Positions 25,071-37,469 of a stretch of DNA of 57,124 nt are shown here, in pieces; position 1 is the first letter of the stretch; each line of letters begins with the position of its first letter. The position numbers and the translations under genes were made by a program. Source of the stretch: Girardia tigrina. Its lineage: Eukaryota. The notes beneath the pieces were generated by a model, which ran no database searches, was not told the DNA's origin, and worked only from the letters and a program-made list of their open reading frames with translations. The stretch lies in NCBI GenBank assembly GCA_001938485.1, contig MQRK01247653.1:1-57124 (forward strand). The letters run 5' to 3'.

Positions 25071-27438
25071 GTGTTCACTAAATCGCATCAGCAGCAGCAA
25101 TCAATTAAGAGTTTTTAGCGCAATTTCCATACTGACAATTGCGATTATTAATTGGTTATTTCTGTGTGGATGGATGTGTGTCCGCAGCTTTAAGTCGTAT
25201 CTCCTCCTCAACGAAGCAATATCGAGGGCTAGTTCCAAAAGCAAATATGTTAAGCAAGTTTGGAGGATGATTGTGGGCCAAAAAATTCCAGAATTCCTTC
25301 CTGGATTTCCCGGAAAAGCCAAAAAACCTCGAAAAAATGCAGTTTTTGGCCGATATCTCAGCAACCAGATCACTTAGCGACTTGAAACATTTACCAATCG
25401 ATTCCTGCAATAATTTAGAACAATATTGCCGAAGAAAGTTTTCAAAATATCCTTTCGTTCGGTCACAAAAAATTAATCATAGTCAAATACTGATATAAAC
25501 GTTTTAATATTTGGGCACCGAATAACATAAGGAAATTGCGCTTAAATTGTCACTAGACTTTTTATTAACTTGTTTAGGTGATATTTAATTTAATATTTTG
25601 ATTTTTAATTTTGAAAATATCTTAATTGGATTTGCGACCCCTGAAATTTTTAAAATTGGAAAATTCAGACGTGCATTAAAAAAATTTAATACAATGAACA
25701 ATTTAAAAAAAATTATAATGATCGAAAAAACTGTAAATAAATTAATTCTTGTATTGTTTTAATAAATAAAAAAAATTATGATCGCGAAAAAATTTTAAAT
25801 GTTATAAAATATATTGATTTAACGTTCATAATTATCTCTTCCTGGATACATTAGCAATATCGATTAACGATAAATCGATGGGTCAAATGACGCGCTTCCT
25901 AAACGACCACGAATGAATGCTACTGTTTCAAAAAGCGCAATTTTAAAACAAGTTAAGATGAACAACTCTCAGTTCTCCGAAATGCTTGGGGCGGTCGATA
26001 AATTGTTTTCTCACCGAGGATTCATCGAAGACGACATCAAGTCTCTTCAAGAGAGTATTATCATAAATAATATTCATTCAAATCATTCCAATGAGATTTC
26101 CATCAGAAATTGTTACATCTCTCTTCCGATTCTCCATCAACCGACGTTTCCATTCGCCTCGAATTACGCGAAAAAGTTGTCGTATTTAACGAACGGCGGT
26201 CCGATAGTCAGGATGGAGTTGTTGTCCGATTGTTGCTCGTCGTTATCGATCGCTTCTTCCTCGATCAATAGCGCCAACAATTCCAATAACAATCTGAAAA
26301 TAATCTCCGCCGGATCGAATTCGAAATATTTGACGTCGAAAAAGCGAAAATCCGAAGAACTATCGGGATTTTCGTCGTTCCCGGTGAATTGCTATAAGAA
26401 TATCGGAGCGGTGGATATATATATATCCACATATATATATCCATGGAATTTAGAAACCTATTTTTGAAGACCTTTTACTCAATCGATTTTCTTCAAACTT
26501 TGCTTACTTACTCATTTTCGATGGCAATGAATGATTATGTAAAAATTTGATCGAAAAAAACTTTTTAAAGTCCCAAAATGAGAAAAAAACAGAAAATTCT
26601 GAGTTCCTGAAAAATATTAATTAAAAAGTATCTACTTATAAATTATAAGTAGTTTATAATAAATTATATCATTTTTTTTAATCAATTTCTGTTTGGTTCA
26701 TTGCGCACTGACCGACTCTGATCACACGAGTTTCACTACCAATTGTTGCTGTTGTCATTGAACACAAGGGGACACACATGCGCGCACATACGTACAGACA
26801 GTCACAGTGACACACATACACAATCGCATTCACAAAATACATTTATACTAGACATAGCCAGACAGGATTGGTAATGGTGAGCCATCAACCAATGAATTAT
26901 CTCGAAAGATTACTGCATATTATACGAATTGTAGGACTCATTTATTTGTCAAATAGAATTTTTAGGACTCTTTCTCTGTCTCTGGCAATTACAAAATGTG
27001 TTGTTTCACTCTTCACTGATACGACTGTAAGATGGATCACCAGCAGTATCAATACGTCGTGATCGTTGCTCACAATTTCGACAGGTGCCCTTTTCATTCT
27101 AATCACTTAATTTTTATTATTTTTTTTAATTCCCGATTGTAGTAGTTTGTATTAATTTTTTATTTTTTTATTAAAATTTTTTAAATTTTAAAAACTTTGT
27201 TTGCAAAGTAAAGTTCTGTCTGCATAAATAATGGATATAAAAAATTTAATTTTTTGATTTAATAGTTATTCGTACATTTCATTTTATTTATCAATTTTAT
27301 CAAACCCAATTTATAATTATTTTATCCAATTAAAATTAAGATAAATATTTTTGTTGTTTTTTTTGTTTCCATTTACCAAAATATATTTAATAATTATATC
27401 AACAAAAAAAGTGAAATCATATATAAAAGAAGATTATT

Positions 27439-28704
27439 ATGAATAAAAGTGTTGAAGTAAAAGACTTAAACAAAGAAAGTAATAAATCAGTTGAATCCAG
27501 CGAATTATTGCTCAAACATCGAAGAAGAAGAAAATTTATTCAAGCGTCAATTAAACAAAAATGTATTGAAATGTATCAAGAAGGAAAGAAGATTGTAGAC
27601 ATAGCTCAAGAATGTGGTGTCTCAGCAACGACTGTATGTCGTTATAAGAATGACTATAATGAACAATTATTAAAAAATGCCATTAAAAACGAAGAAGACA
27701 AAAATAATTCATCAAAAAATAATAAAGAATGTTCAAACATTACTGAAAGACTTCTTAAAAGACATCGGCAATTTCAATTTCTGTTTCCTTCCACAAAATT
27801 GAAAATCATTGAAATGTATAAAGAAAAACAAAAGATAAAAGACATAGCTCGAGAATGTAATGTAACAGTGGGGTCTATCTGCTATCATTTGAAAAGATAT
27901 AAGGGAAAACTTTTAGAAAAAAATTCTGAAAATAAAGAAAACGAAAATAATTCAATCATCAATTCCTCAAATAATGATAAAGAAATTTCAAATAATATTA
28001 AAAAGCCTCTGAAAAGATATTGTGAACGCAATTTCGCGTCTCCTTCGAAAAAACAAAAGATCGTTGAATCGTATCAAGAAGGAAAAAAGATCAAAGAAAT
28101 AGCTCAAGAATTTAACTTATCAGAACAGACAATTTCAAGATACATGAAACAATATAATAAAGACCGGTCTCTTTCAATCTTTAACTCACCCAATGATGAT
28201 AAAAAAATGTCGAGACGAAAAAATTGTGAATTTAAAATTGTGTCTCCGTCAAAAAAGCAAAAGATTATTGAAATGTATCAACAAGGAAAGAAGGTAAAAG
28301 AAATAACCGAAGAATGTGATGTCTGTGCATCGACACTATACAAATATTTAAAGACGCACAATGAAGAACCACTAGAAATAAATGTACATACAGAAAGCAA
28401 AGTAAAAACATTTATTCCTTCAAGATATAAACACATTTCAGATGAACAGAAACTAGAAGCAATTGAAATGTATAAAAATGGACACATTTTATCAGAAATA
28501 TCTCACAAATGTCGTATGTCTTTCGCATATGCTTTTGCTATTGTAAAAAAACACAAAACACACTTTAATATCACAGGAAAAAGTAAAACGAACGTCGTTT
28601 CTCCGACCAAGAAAACCTCGGATGTACCGACAGAAGAAATAAGAAACAATCAAAAGTTAATCAATTATGAAAATAAAACAGAACAAAAATTATTAAAAAA
28701 GTAA
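27439..28704 (+). CDS. Intronless protein with four tandem helix-turn-helix repeats (psq/CENP-B-N or transposase-like HTH); a fifth repeat follows the stop in frame to 28845
   Basis: 421-aa ORF with repeats of S..KQKIIEMYQEGKKI.DIA.EC.VS..T...Y separated by N/K/E-rich linkers. No DDE domain visible. Confidence 0.75.
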   Translation: MNKSVEVKDLNKESNKSVESSELLLKHRRRRKFIQASIKQKCIEMYQEGKKIVDIAQECGVSATTVCRYKNDYNEQLLKNAIKNEEDKNNSSKNNKECSNITERLLKRHRQFQFLFPSTKLKIIEMYKEKQKIKDIARECNVTVGSICYHLKRYKGKLLEKNSENKENENNSIINSSNNDKEISNNIKKPLKRYCERNFASPSKKQKIVESYQEGKKIKEIAQEFNLSEQTISRYMKQYNKDRSLSIFNSPNDDKKMSRRKNCEFKIVSPSKKQKIIEMYQQGKKVKEITEECDVCASTLYKYLKTHNEEPLEINVHTESKVKTFIPSRYKHISDEQKLEAIEMYKNGHILSEISHKCRMSFAYAFAIVKKHKTHFNITGKSKTNVVSPTKKTSDVPTEEIRNNQKLINYENKTEQKLLKK

Positions 28705-30920
28705 TTAGAATGTATTGAATTAGTTTTGTCCGGAAGGTCGATGGAGGATGTAGCGAGACTGCTCAAAGAATCGAATGAGACCATTCAAAGATGGATAATT
28801 AATAAAGACGAGATTATCGAAAGTTGTTTTAATAATTTAAAATAAAACAAAATAATTTTTAAGTAATAAATTTGATAAAAATAATTAAAAGATTACGATA
28901 AATTTTTAGTTACAGTTAATAATGTTGTATTGACCACTTTTAATTTAAATTTTTATTTAACTTTTAATTAGATCAAAAGCTTGATTTAATTTAATTAAAA
29001 TTCACAAATATAAAAAATATATACTATTAATTAATAACAAAATATTTTTGTTTAAAAATTGTGATAAAAAATGCACTTTTAAAAAACTCGTTTTTGATCT
29101 GATTTTTTATGCTATGGATTAATAAGAAGCGTTTTTAAGGTGATTCAGACCGTTGCTATGGTAACGGAGACCCCCAGGGAGTAAGATGGGTAGAATGTCC
29201 CTTTTCCCATACTATAATAGTTACAGTTGGGTTTTTGATCAAAATTAAGATTCATTAACGCCAAAGTTTATTTAATAACACAAACAACAATTAATTAAAC
29301 AATTTTTCTGAGGAACTTTCGTTTTCTTTTGATCAGATTCCCTATACATAAAAATATGGAATTATACTGATAAGCTATTTATTCGTTTCATTTGTTTTAC
29401 ATGTCTACATTTTTGAAATAAGATTGACGAATTTAAAATACAATTGTTATTATTTGAAATACAATTTACGAATTTAAAATACAAGTTGAATTGGAGCAAT
29501 TAACTTTACAAAAGACATTTATCATTTTTATTAGGTTCGTGATTAAAATTGGAATTTATAATTTTGTAAACTTTATTTCTACTACAATTTTCATTATTGA
29601 AACAAATTTAGGAGGAACAAAATTTTAATTACATAATTCATATCTAAAAATTCTAAATATAAATAATAATATCGATATATTATATTATTATAATAATAAT
29701 ATATAATATATATTATTATTATAATAATAATATATATTATATATTATATATTTTACTAAATGTATAAAAACATTTCAAATACATTCCAGAATCAAGCATA
29801 TTGATAAATTGTTGTCTGTTGATTAAAATTTTTCTTTAAAATCAGAACAAAACATTTAAATTGATTCCAAATAGAATTTCAACAACAGCGCAATATTCCA
29901 CATTTGCATGTAGAAGTATGCATAATAATGAGAGAAAATAACAAAATCATTTCAAACATTTTCTTCAATTTTGCATAAATCTTATTTTGTTTCTGTTTTA
30001 TTAATTTTTTACAATTTTTATAAATCTAGATCTTTATTAAAATATTTTTAAATAAAACCCTTTATTTGGTTTTAATAGATTGCATTTTTTTAAAGTTTAT
30101 TTTCAGTTAAGTAATATTACTTTTAGTTTTTAAAATTTATTTTACTTAATCTTGATTAAAAAAGTATTATGAAAAGAAAATTTATAAATTATATAACCTA
30201 ATTTATTTTTATTTGATAATAAAATGTTCATATTACGATTTAAAACATTTCAAAGAAAGTTTTCTTTAAAAAATTAAATCATTAAGTTTTTTTGGGCAAA
30301 AATATTTTGTCCTTTAAAATTAAAAAACCGAATTAAAACTTTTAACGACAATTAAATTCAATAAACATTATGATTTTAAATAGTGATACAAAATATATCA
30401 AAATCTTCTTTACAATATTCTTTAACTTATTCTTCTCTCTTTCATCTCATTCATCTGGGTGGAAAAGCACATTTCAAAATACTAAACTCAACATACTAAA
30501 TTTAAAATATTTCTCACAAAGATAATGAAAGTCCACATTCTGGGATTAAGTGAAACTCAATGAAAAGAGAAGTGCCATTTCTGTTGAGGACGAAATAATT
30601 ATGTATTTTAGAGGCTCTTCACGTGAGCGAAGAGTTTGAATTCTCTTTTATGCGTAGAATTCCCGATTTCTACTTTAAAAATAACATTGCTATTTCGAAA
30701 TAAGAAAACCAAGTAAAGAAGGCAAAAACAAACTTCAAACAATGAAAATTTTAATGTATTAAAAGAAATGTATGTAAAGTGACTGAAAGATTGAACCACA
30801 GTAACCATAGTAACATGGCATTGCAAATGTATTGCTTTACACTTATCTTCAACTTACACTCAAACATGTTTAAATGTGAGTAAGATTTCGAGTTTTGAAA
30901 TAATTTTTAATACTTTAAAG

Positions 30921-31590
30921 CAGTGTTTCTCAACCTTTTTGAGTTAGTGACACACTTAAATGACCGTTAAATTTTCGCGACACACCACATTTCTTTATCG
31001 AAATAATAACACATTTTTATACATATGAAATTGATTTATTTATAATATGTTGCGAATTTTTTGAAACAAATAAAATTAACATTCTAAATGCTCAATGTAA
31101 TTTTAACAATACATATTGATCAATTAAATAAATTGCAATTATGTAAACAATTATATGAGAAGGTATTTAATTTAGTTCGCAAATCAAAATTTAAATGGTT
31201 TTAAAAATTATTTTGAACTGAAATCAAATTGAAAATTTTAAAAATTAAGTAGGTTGATAATTAAATATTTTAACTTTGAATTTCAAATATTTCAAAGAAT
31301 ATTTTTTTATAAAAAATGTTTTTTTTAAATAACCATAACCCTAACCGTGTTTAGATTTATTTTTGCGACACATCTGCATCAACCTCGTGACACACTTATG
31401 TGTCGCAACACACGGGTTGAGAAACACTGGTCTACACTACAAAGTTGAATCTTGAAAATTATTATATAAAATTTAAGAGTATTGCATATTATCAAGCAAA
31501 TCATCGCGACACACCATTTTTTGGTGACACACACTGCCGATCCAATCGCGACACACTCGTGTGTCGCGATACACCGGTTGAGAAACACTG
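30921..31590. mobile_element. Non-autonomous hAT (Charlie-like) MITE
   Basis: TIR CAGTGTTTCTCAACC / GGTTGAGAAACACTG with exact 8-bp TSD CTTTAAAG and subterminal (CG)TGACACAC repeats. Confidence 0.92.
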
Positions 31591-33227
31591 CTTTAAAGGA
31601 TTTAATGTTTTAATTTTTTTGAATAAAATGTTTAAAATAGTTTAAAACCAAATATTGTTTTAGAGTACATGTCATTAAATTAAAAAATTAATGATTTAAA
31701 GTATGAAAGATTATTTAAAAAAAAAAATAAAAAAATTTATTATTAAATCAGTAAAGAAAGTAAAATAACGTTTGAATTTTGTTCATAACTAAAATCGTTA
31801 TGAATGACTTAATTTATGACTTAAAATATTTAAAGAATATTTATTTTAATTAATATTTATTTATTTATTTTCAATCCACAGTTTTTTTAATTTCAAATTT
31901 GGCGCTTCTTTTTCCAATCAATTTGAAATATTAAAACAACACACGTTTATTATAAAATATATATTAAATAAAAATACAATTAATATATACACTGAGAGAG
32001 TCATAAACACATCCGAACATAATACCAAAGTTACACGAATTAAATTAACAACAATCATAATTTACAAATCATCTTTACAGTTACCTATAGCATATTTTTA
32101 TGAAATCTTATTTCTTTTATTGGTAACAAATATTATCTATAAACTTAAATTTTTATTTAAAGATTATTTCACTTTAATTAGTCGAAAAATAAAAAAAAAT
32201 TTATCTAAAATATAAATATGTTTTTAAAAAATATCAAAAATTTAAAGTTCACCAAAATTAAAAGTTCACCCCAACAATTTTAAGCTTATTGTTTTATTTA
32301 TAATTGTTTAGAAAACTTTTGATTTTAAATATTTCCTTATTTTAGAGATTATTTATAAAAATTAATTATTTAAAAAAATTAAGAGTGAACCTGTCCTTCA
32401 CAGTTACCATTCAAATGGAGACTCGATAATGTATTTTTATGAGTTCATATTTCGGCCTTCTCGATGCGTCCACGTAGCGGTCCTAGATAACTAAATAAAT
32501 CCAGAGGAAGTGTCTCTCACAAGGGCTCGCAATCCATGAGCAGGCTTTTACCACTACCTTGCAACGATTCACAAAAATAAGTAGGATCTTAGGCTAAGTG
32601 GTGTTCTTAGTGTACGGACTGGTGTCCCTTTACTCGAGGTAGGCAATCAGGTTTCCTGGTTTTTATTTTGAATGTAAGAGGATTTCATTATCAAAAAGTT
32701 CTAAGTGTTTAAAATACACTAGAAAAGTTTCATAGCGATACAGCTTTCCTGAAGGAAACGCACAGATTATGTATCGTATTCTCTGATAGGATTTTCAAAG
32801 TAAAGGGTGTACTTTGAAATTAATCATGGTTGGCGAGTCTGTAGTCTTCAATCGCCGTTATCTTTTAAAATATTTGAAGGATGTGTTGTATTAAAAGATT
32901 TAAGGTAGATTGTGTTAGTTTTACCGAAGGTTTTCAGGTTCTAGTATCAAATTTAATCAAGTGTATCAGTTTAAATGTAATTAGTGTGAATTCTTGTACA
33001 TATGAAACAAATTGTAAACGACTTAATGCTCTGTAAGTACATCGACTGATTACGAACATTCTTTAATTAAATAAATGACATAATAATAAAATAATGTATT
33101 ATTAATTATCGCCTACCAAAGTTAATATGCATTTCCTTGAATCATGCTTTAACCTAAAATCATTCGTACTATTTAATTCGTAAAAAGAATTTTGCAGATT
33201 CCTCTGAAAGAAATGTATATTTTTAAG

Positions 33228-33396
33228 ATAAGAGCGTTCAATGAAGGTCTTCAGCCGTGGTACTGGAACAGAGCGAGATTCGGTTTGTCGAACACTACCA
33301 GTTACGAGAGTATGCAGATTGAAGAAGGTCTGTCTACCATAAATACAATGTTGGCCAGTAAAGAGAAGTTCCTTGGAGGATCAGCGCTACTTTATT
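33228..33396 (+). CDS. MATCAP-like exon 4
   Basis: Acceptor TTTTAAG ending 33227. Reads 'IRAFNEGLQPWY...IEEGLSTIN...SALLY'. Donor GTTAGT at 33397. Confidence 0.9.
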
Positions 33397-33703
33397 GTTA
33401 GTTCATTTGCGAAATAACTTTTATAATAGAAAGCCTTTTCAAAGATATAATTTATAAATTTTTAACTGAATTTTATTTTCATTTCTCATTGGAACAAACT
33501 TGTAAAACGAACTTATGTATTCGTTCATTAATATATTTAAATTTTAAATCAAGTTAATTTAACAATCCTGAATGACCACGCACCAGTGAGCCATCGAGGT
33601 AAAAGAGACACCATAAAAGACCTACGTCATTTTTCTATTTATGTAATACCTTCTCGAATATTTACACTAATAAGTAAATCAGTTAAAATTATTGTAAAAT
33701 ATA

Positions 33704-33882
33704 CAGGGTGGCCCAATATGGATGAGCTTTTTGAAAAATTTACAATAAGAGAACTACATTTTCTAAAAAGTTGATTTAAACTTTTTAATAAGAATTATGA
33801 AAATGTATATATTGTTAATTTTATCTCCTTCCCCTCAATAAAAAGACTATCTCAAAAAGCTCAGGGATAATTGGCCACCCTG
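33704..33882. mobile_element. Small Tc1/mariner-type MITE
   Basis: TA+CAGGGTGGCC...GGCCACCCTG termini with internal GAGCTTTTTGA / TCAAAAAGCTC. Confidence 0.7.
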
Positions 33883-36800
33883 TCTCTCCAAACACTTTTT
33901 CAAATAAATTTTCAAATGTGATTGTGAGGAATATTTTTGAATAGTGTTTATAGTGTGTTGTTTGGTATGTTGTTTTAGGATTGTGTTTCTCCCACCCAGA
34001 TGGAAGATTGATATCTTAAATGTTTTAAAACGCCGAGTTGTTTAATCAAGTATTAAAATTTAAATAATCCCTTTAAAATTAAACTAATATTTCATAAATA
34101 ATATTTTAATAATATTTTCTTAGAATAAATAAAAATTATTTTAAATTTAAAGTATAAATTATTTTTGTAATAATTAAATTATATTTTAAATTTGTTTGAA
34201 TAATAAGACGTTAAATAATATTATTAAAGTTTATCAATCAAGAACAATGACGAGCTACGCAAGTTTTACGGAGAATTGTTGTTGTGACAATTCAAATTGT
34301 GATATTAATAAATGTAAAGGAAATTCAATTAATGTTCTTAATAGTGATTTTGATAAATTTTGAATTGCTCTTAATGAATTCTGAAATTATTCTTACAGAT
34401 TTCGGAATGATTTTTACTTGACTCCAAAATAATTTTGATATATTCTAACTGCTTTCGACTTAATTCTGACTGCTTTTATATTGATCTTGATAAATTACGA
34501 GTACGACATTAACTAAATTCTGGTTGAATATTTGGACTTTCTTTATTCTTCGAAAGTTTCTCTTTCATTCTTTTACTGTTTGAGAAAACTTTTTGGATGA
34601 GCCAAAGTATCAATTAAATCATCTGCGATAAAATTTCTACCTAAACTTTTCGTATTGATGTATTACTTTTTATTATTATCAAGAAAACTTTATGAATTAA
34701 ATGTGTTTTGAAGTAAAAATAAATAATAAAAATCAAATTGAGAAAATATATAAAATATTTCATGTTGTTTTAAAGAAGTAAATATTGCTGGTTACAGAAT
34801 TAATTTGGCTTACGAATTAATTTCGAAAAAGAATTAATGTCTCTAGAAAACTAATTTTGTAAATGCGCTGGAGAATTAACGTCAGTATAAATGTGTATTA
34901 GGAATGTACCTGTTTTCTTTTTTTTAAATCCGGTTGGGGCTGAGCCGGAGTCAGAACTTTTGTTAAATCTTGCTGGAGTAGGAGCCGATGCCTGATTTGC
35001 AGCAATGACAAAAGTCGAATAAATGTATAAAACAACTTACATTTATGTATAAAATAATTTCTTCTAAAAATAAAATCAATTGAAAATGACCTTAAAATAA
35101 TTATAAGATCTCACTTCTACAATACGAACTACAAGCGACTGCATTTATACTACAAGCACTATATTATACAAACTACATAAATAATCCTTCTAACAAAAAT
35201 TCATTTTGTCTCAAAATACGTAAACCACATATCTTTACATTCCCTAGGGCTTTCGCAATGACCTGGGAGGTCGTTTGGAAGCTTGGGACCAAGAACTTTA
35301 ATTCTGCTCTCGTTCTAATATTTTTGTTAGAATTTTCTTTAAATAATAATTTTTGCTTCATATTTATATTATTTTTAAAATAAAATAATTTTCTTTAATC
35401 AATGCAATATCAACCAAGAATTCGTCAGTAATTTTATGTTCATTATCCCTCCTTTTATCTTTTTTTCTGATATATATTTATGATTGATAACCAGCACACA
35501 TATCCTTTTAATAACCTTCTTAAGGTTCACTAATCTTATTTTCCTATTTCTGCTGTTCTCGGTCGGAATCTGACATTCAGTTTAATACTGATAATATTTT
35601 GCTTCAATAATGGACATGAAAATCGAATATATTCTCATTTTAAGTATTATTAAGAACAGCAATATGGGTTTTCACATATTTATTTTCATCACAATTCGAA
35701 TTTTCTTTGGGACAATACTCAGCCCAGCTTTCATAATTTGTAATCTTTCTAAATTGATAAATTTTTGTTAATGAACAATTATTCGAACAAATTTTCAGAT
35801 TTTTATTGAAAATTCTTTTTGTATAATTTCGGTAATAATTTTATCTAAATATTAATTTAATTAAAAATGATTTTATTTAAAGAAAAACATTTATTTAATT
35901 AATTTGAAAATAAATTAAAGGTATTTACTTTATTTAAATTTTTGATATTAAAAGTTTAAACGATTTAATATTTTAAAAGTTTTTTAAAATCTTAGGTTGT
36001 AATTTAAAGTTCATCAAAAGTAATTTAAAATGCAAACTGTGCTCAAATAGCTACTCATCGCGAATATCCAAAATATCAATTTTCCATTTAGGTGGGAGAC
36101 ACATTTCAAAATACTAAACTCAATATACCAATTTAAACATATCAAATTTAAAATATTCCTCATAAGTATAATATTTAGTATTAATATAATAGAACAATGG
36201 TGTCAAAAGTATGGCTATCTAAATTATCAAAGTCACCTGCCATAATGAATGAATAATGGCATTTTTATTAATAATTAAAATAAAAGCAATTTTGCATTTT
36301 TCAAATTTATTCAAAAAACATATATATGTTGGGTTTTTTATCTACTTAATTAATTATCCAATCCTTTGAGCTCGATCCAAATTTGTACGACCCCAAATAG
36401 TTTTTACCAATCCGCAATACCCAAAAATTAAAGATGGTTACCAAATATGTTCGATACGCTCGATAAACCAAATGATGCCAAAGATTTATTCACAAAGACA
36501 ATGGTTTAAGTTACACTTTATAATAATTATTGGAGAACAACCAATAAAATTTTCTATCAAATTTAAATTTTCAGTCCGTTCCAATTCGATTCTATTTCCC
36601 TATTTTTTATTATTCTCTCTAAGTTATTTAAAAATATCATGGGTATTTATACCCAGAAACTATATAAAAATATAATATATAAAAATTAATTAAAATTATT
36701 TAAAATTAATTGCACTTAATGTGCTTAAATAAATATAAGATAAAAATTATTTTTTTCAATCGACTGACGTTATCAGTCAATAATCTTAAGTATTTTGCCC

Positions 36801-37270
36801 CATAAGCACTTTATTTCCTCCCCGACAAGTGCCTGCACCGTTGACGTAGGTACATTATTATAGAGAAAATAATGGAAATAGTCGCGAGTGGATTTACATT
36901 TTAATGACATGTTATTGATAACGGAGAAAAAGAAATTGTGATATTTAATAATTTTGGAAAATGTTTACAGATTTAATTTATTATTTTAGTTAATAATTTT
37001 CTTTAAACAAACTATCAAAGACGACAGAATATTTTTAGGAGTTAAGGTTTCTATTAATTAAATATAGATTTTTTCGTTTAATAAAATTCATTTATTTATT
37101 TTGAAAAATAATGAATGAAAAAATATCAGTACAATTAAAATTTACTAAGAATCTTTTTGAGGTACACCAAAACATCTAAATTGAAGATCAAAAAATTTTA
37201 TCTGAAGATTAACCTTGATTGCGGGACCCTAACATATATATATATATATATATACATTTATGTTTTTATT

Positions 37271-37440
37271 ATTAATGTCCAAACAAGTCTCTCTTCCAAT
37301 TTGTTGAAAATATTTAATTAGTTATTACGTAAGATGTTTACACAATCATCAATTTGCTATATATAAGACAGCGAAATTGTTGTTAATTCAGCCTGAAGAC
37401 GGTGGAAAATCCACCGAAATATATTGCGACAATAAAATTT
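37271..37440 (+). mobile_element. Severely 5'-truncated Penelope-like element 3' end/pLTR next to a (TA)n tract
   Basis: 'INVQTSLSSNLLKIFN*' (37271-37321) parallels the PLE C-terminus at 13101-13157. Followed by TATATATAAG and a hammerhead motif. Confidence 0.7.
37385..37432 (+). ncRNA. Minimal hammerhead ribozyme motif (PLE type)
   Basis: GC CTGAAGA C GGTGGA aaa TCCACC GAAA TATATT GC: complete core, perfect 6-bp helix II, palindromic AATATATT in place of helix III. Confidence 0.75.
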
Positions 37441-37469
37441 GATTTTAATTGTGTTCTTGAATATATATA

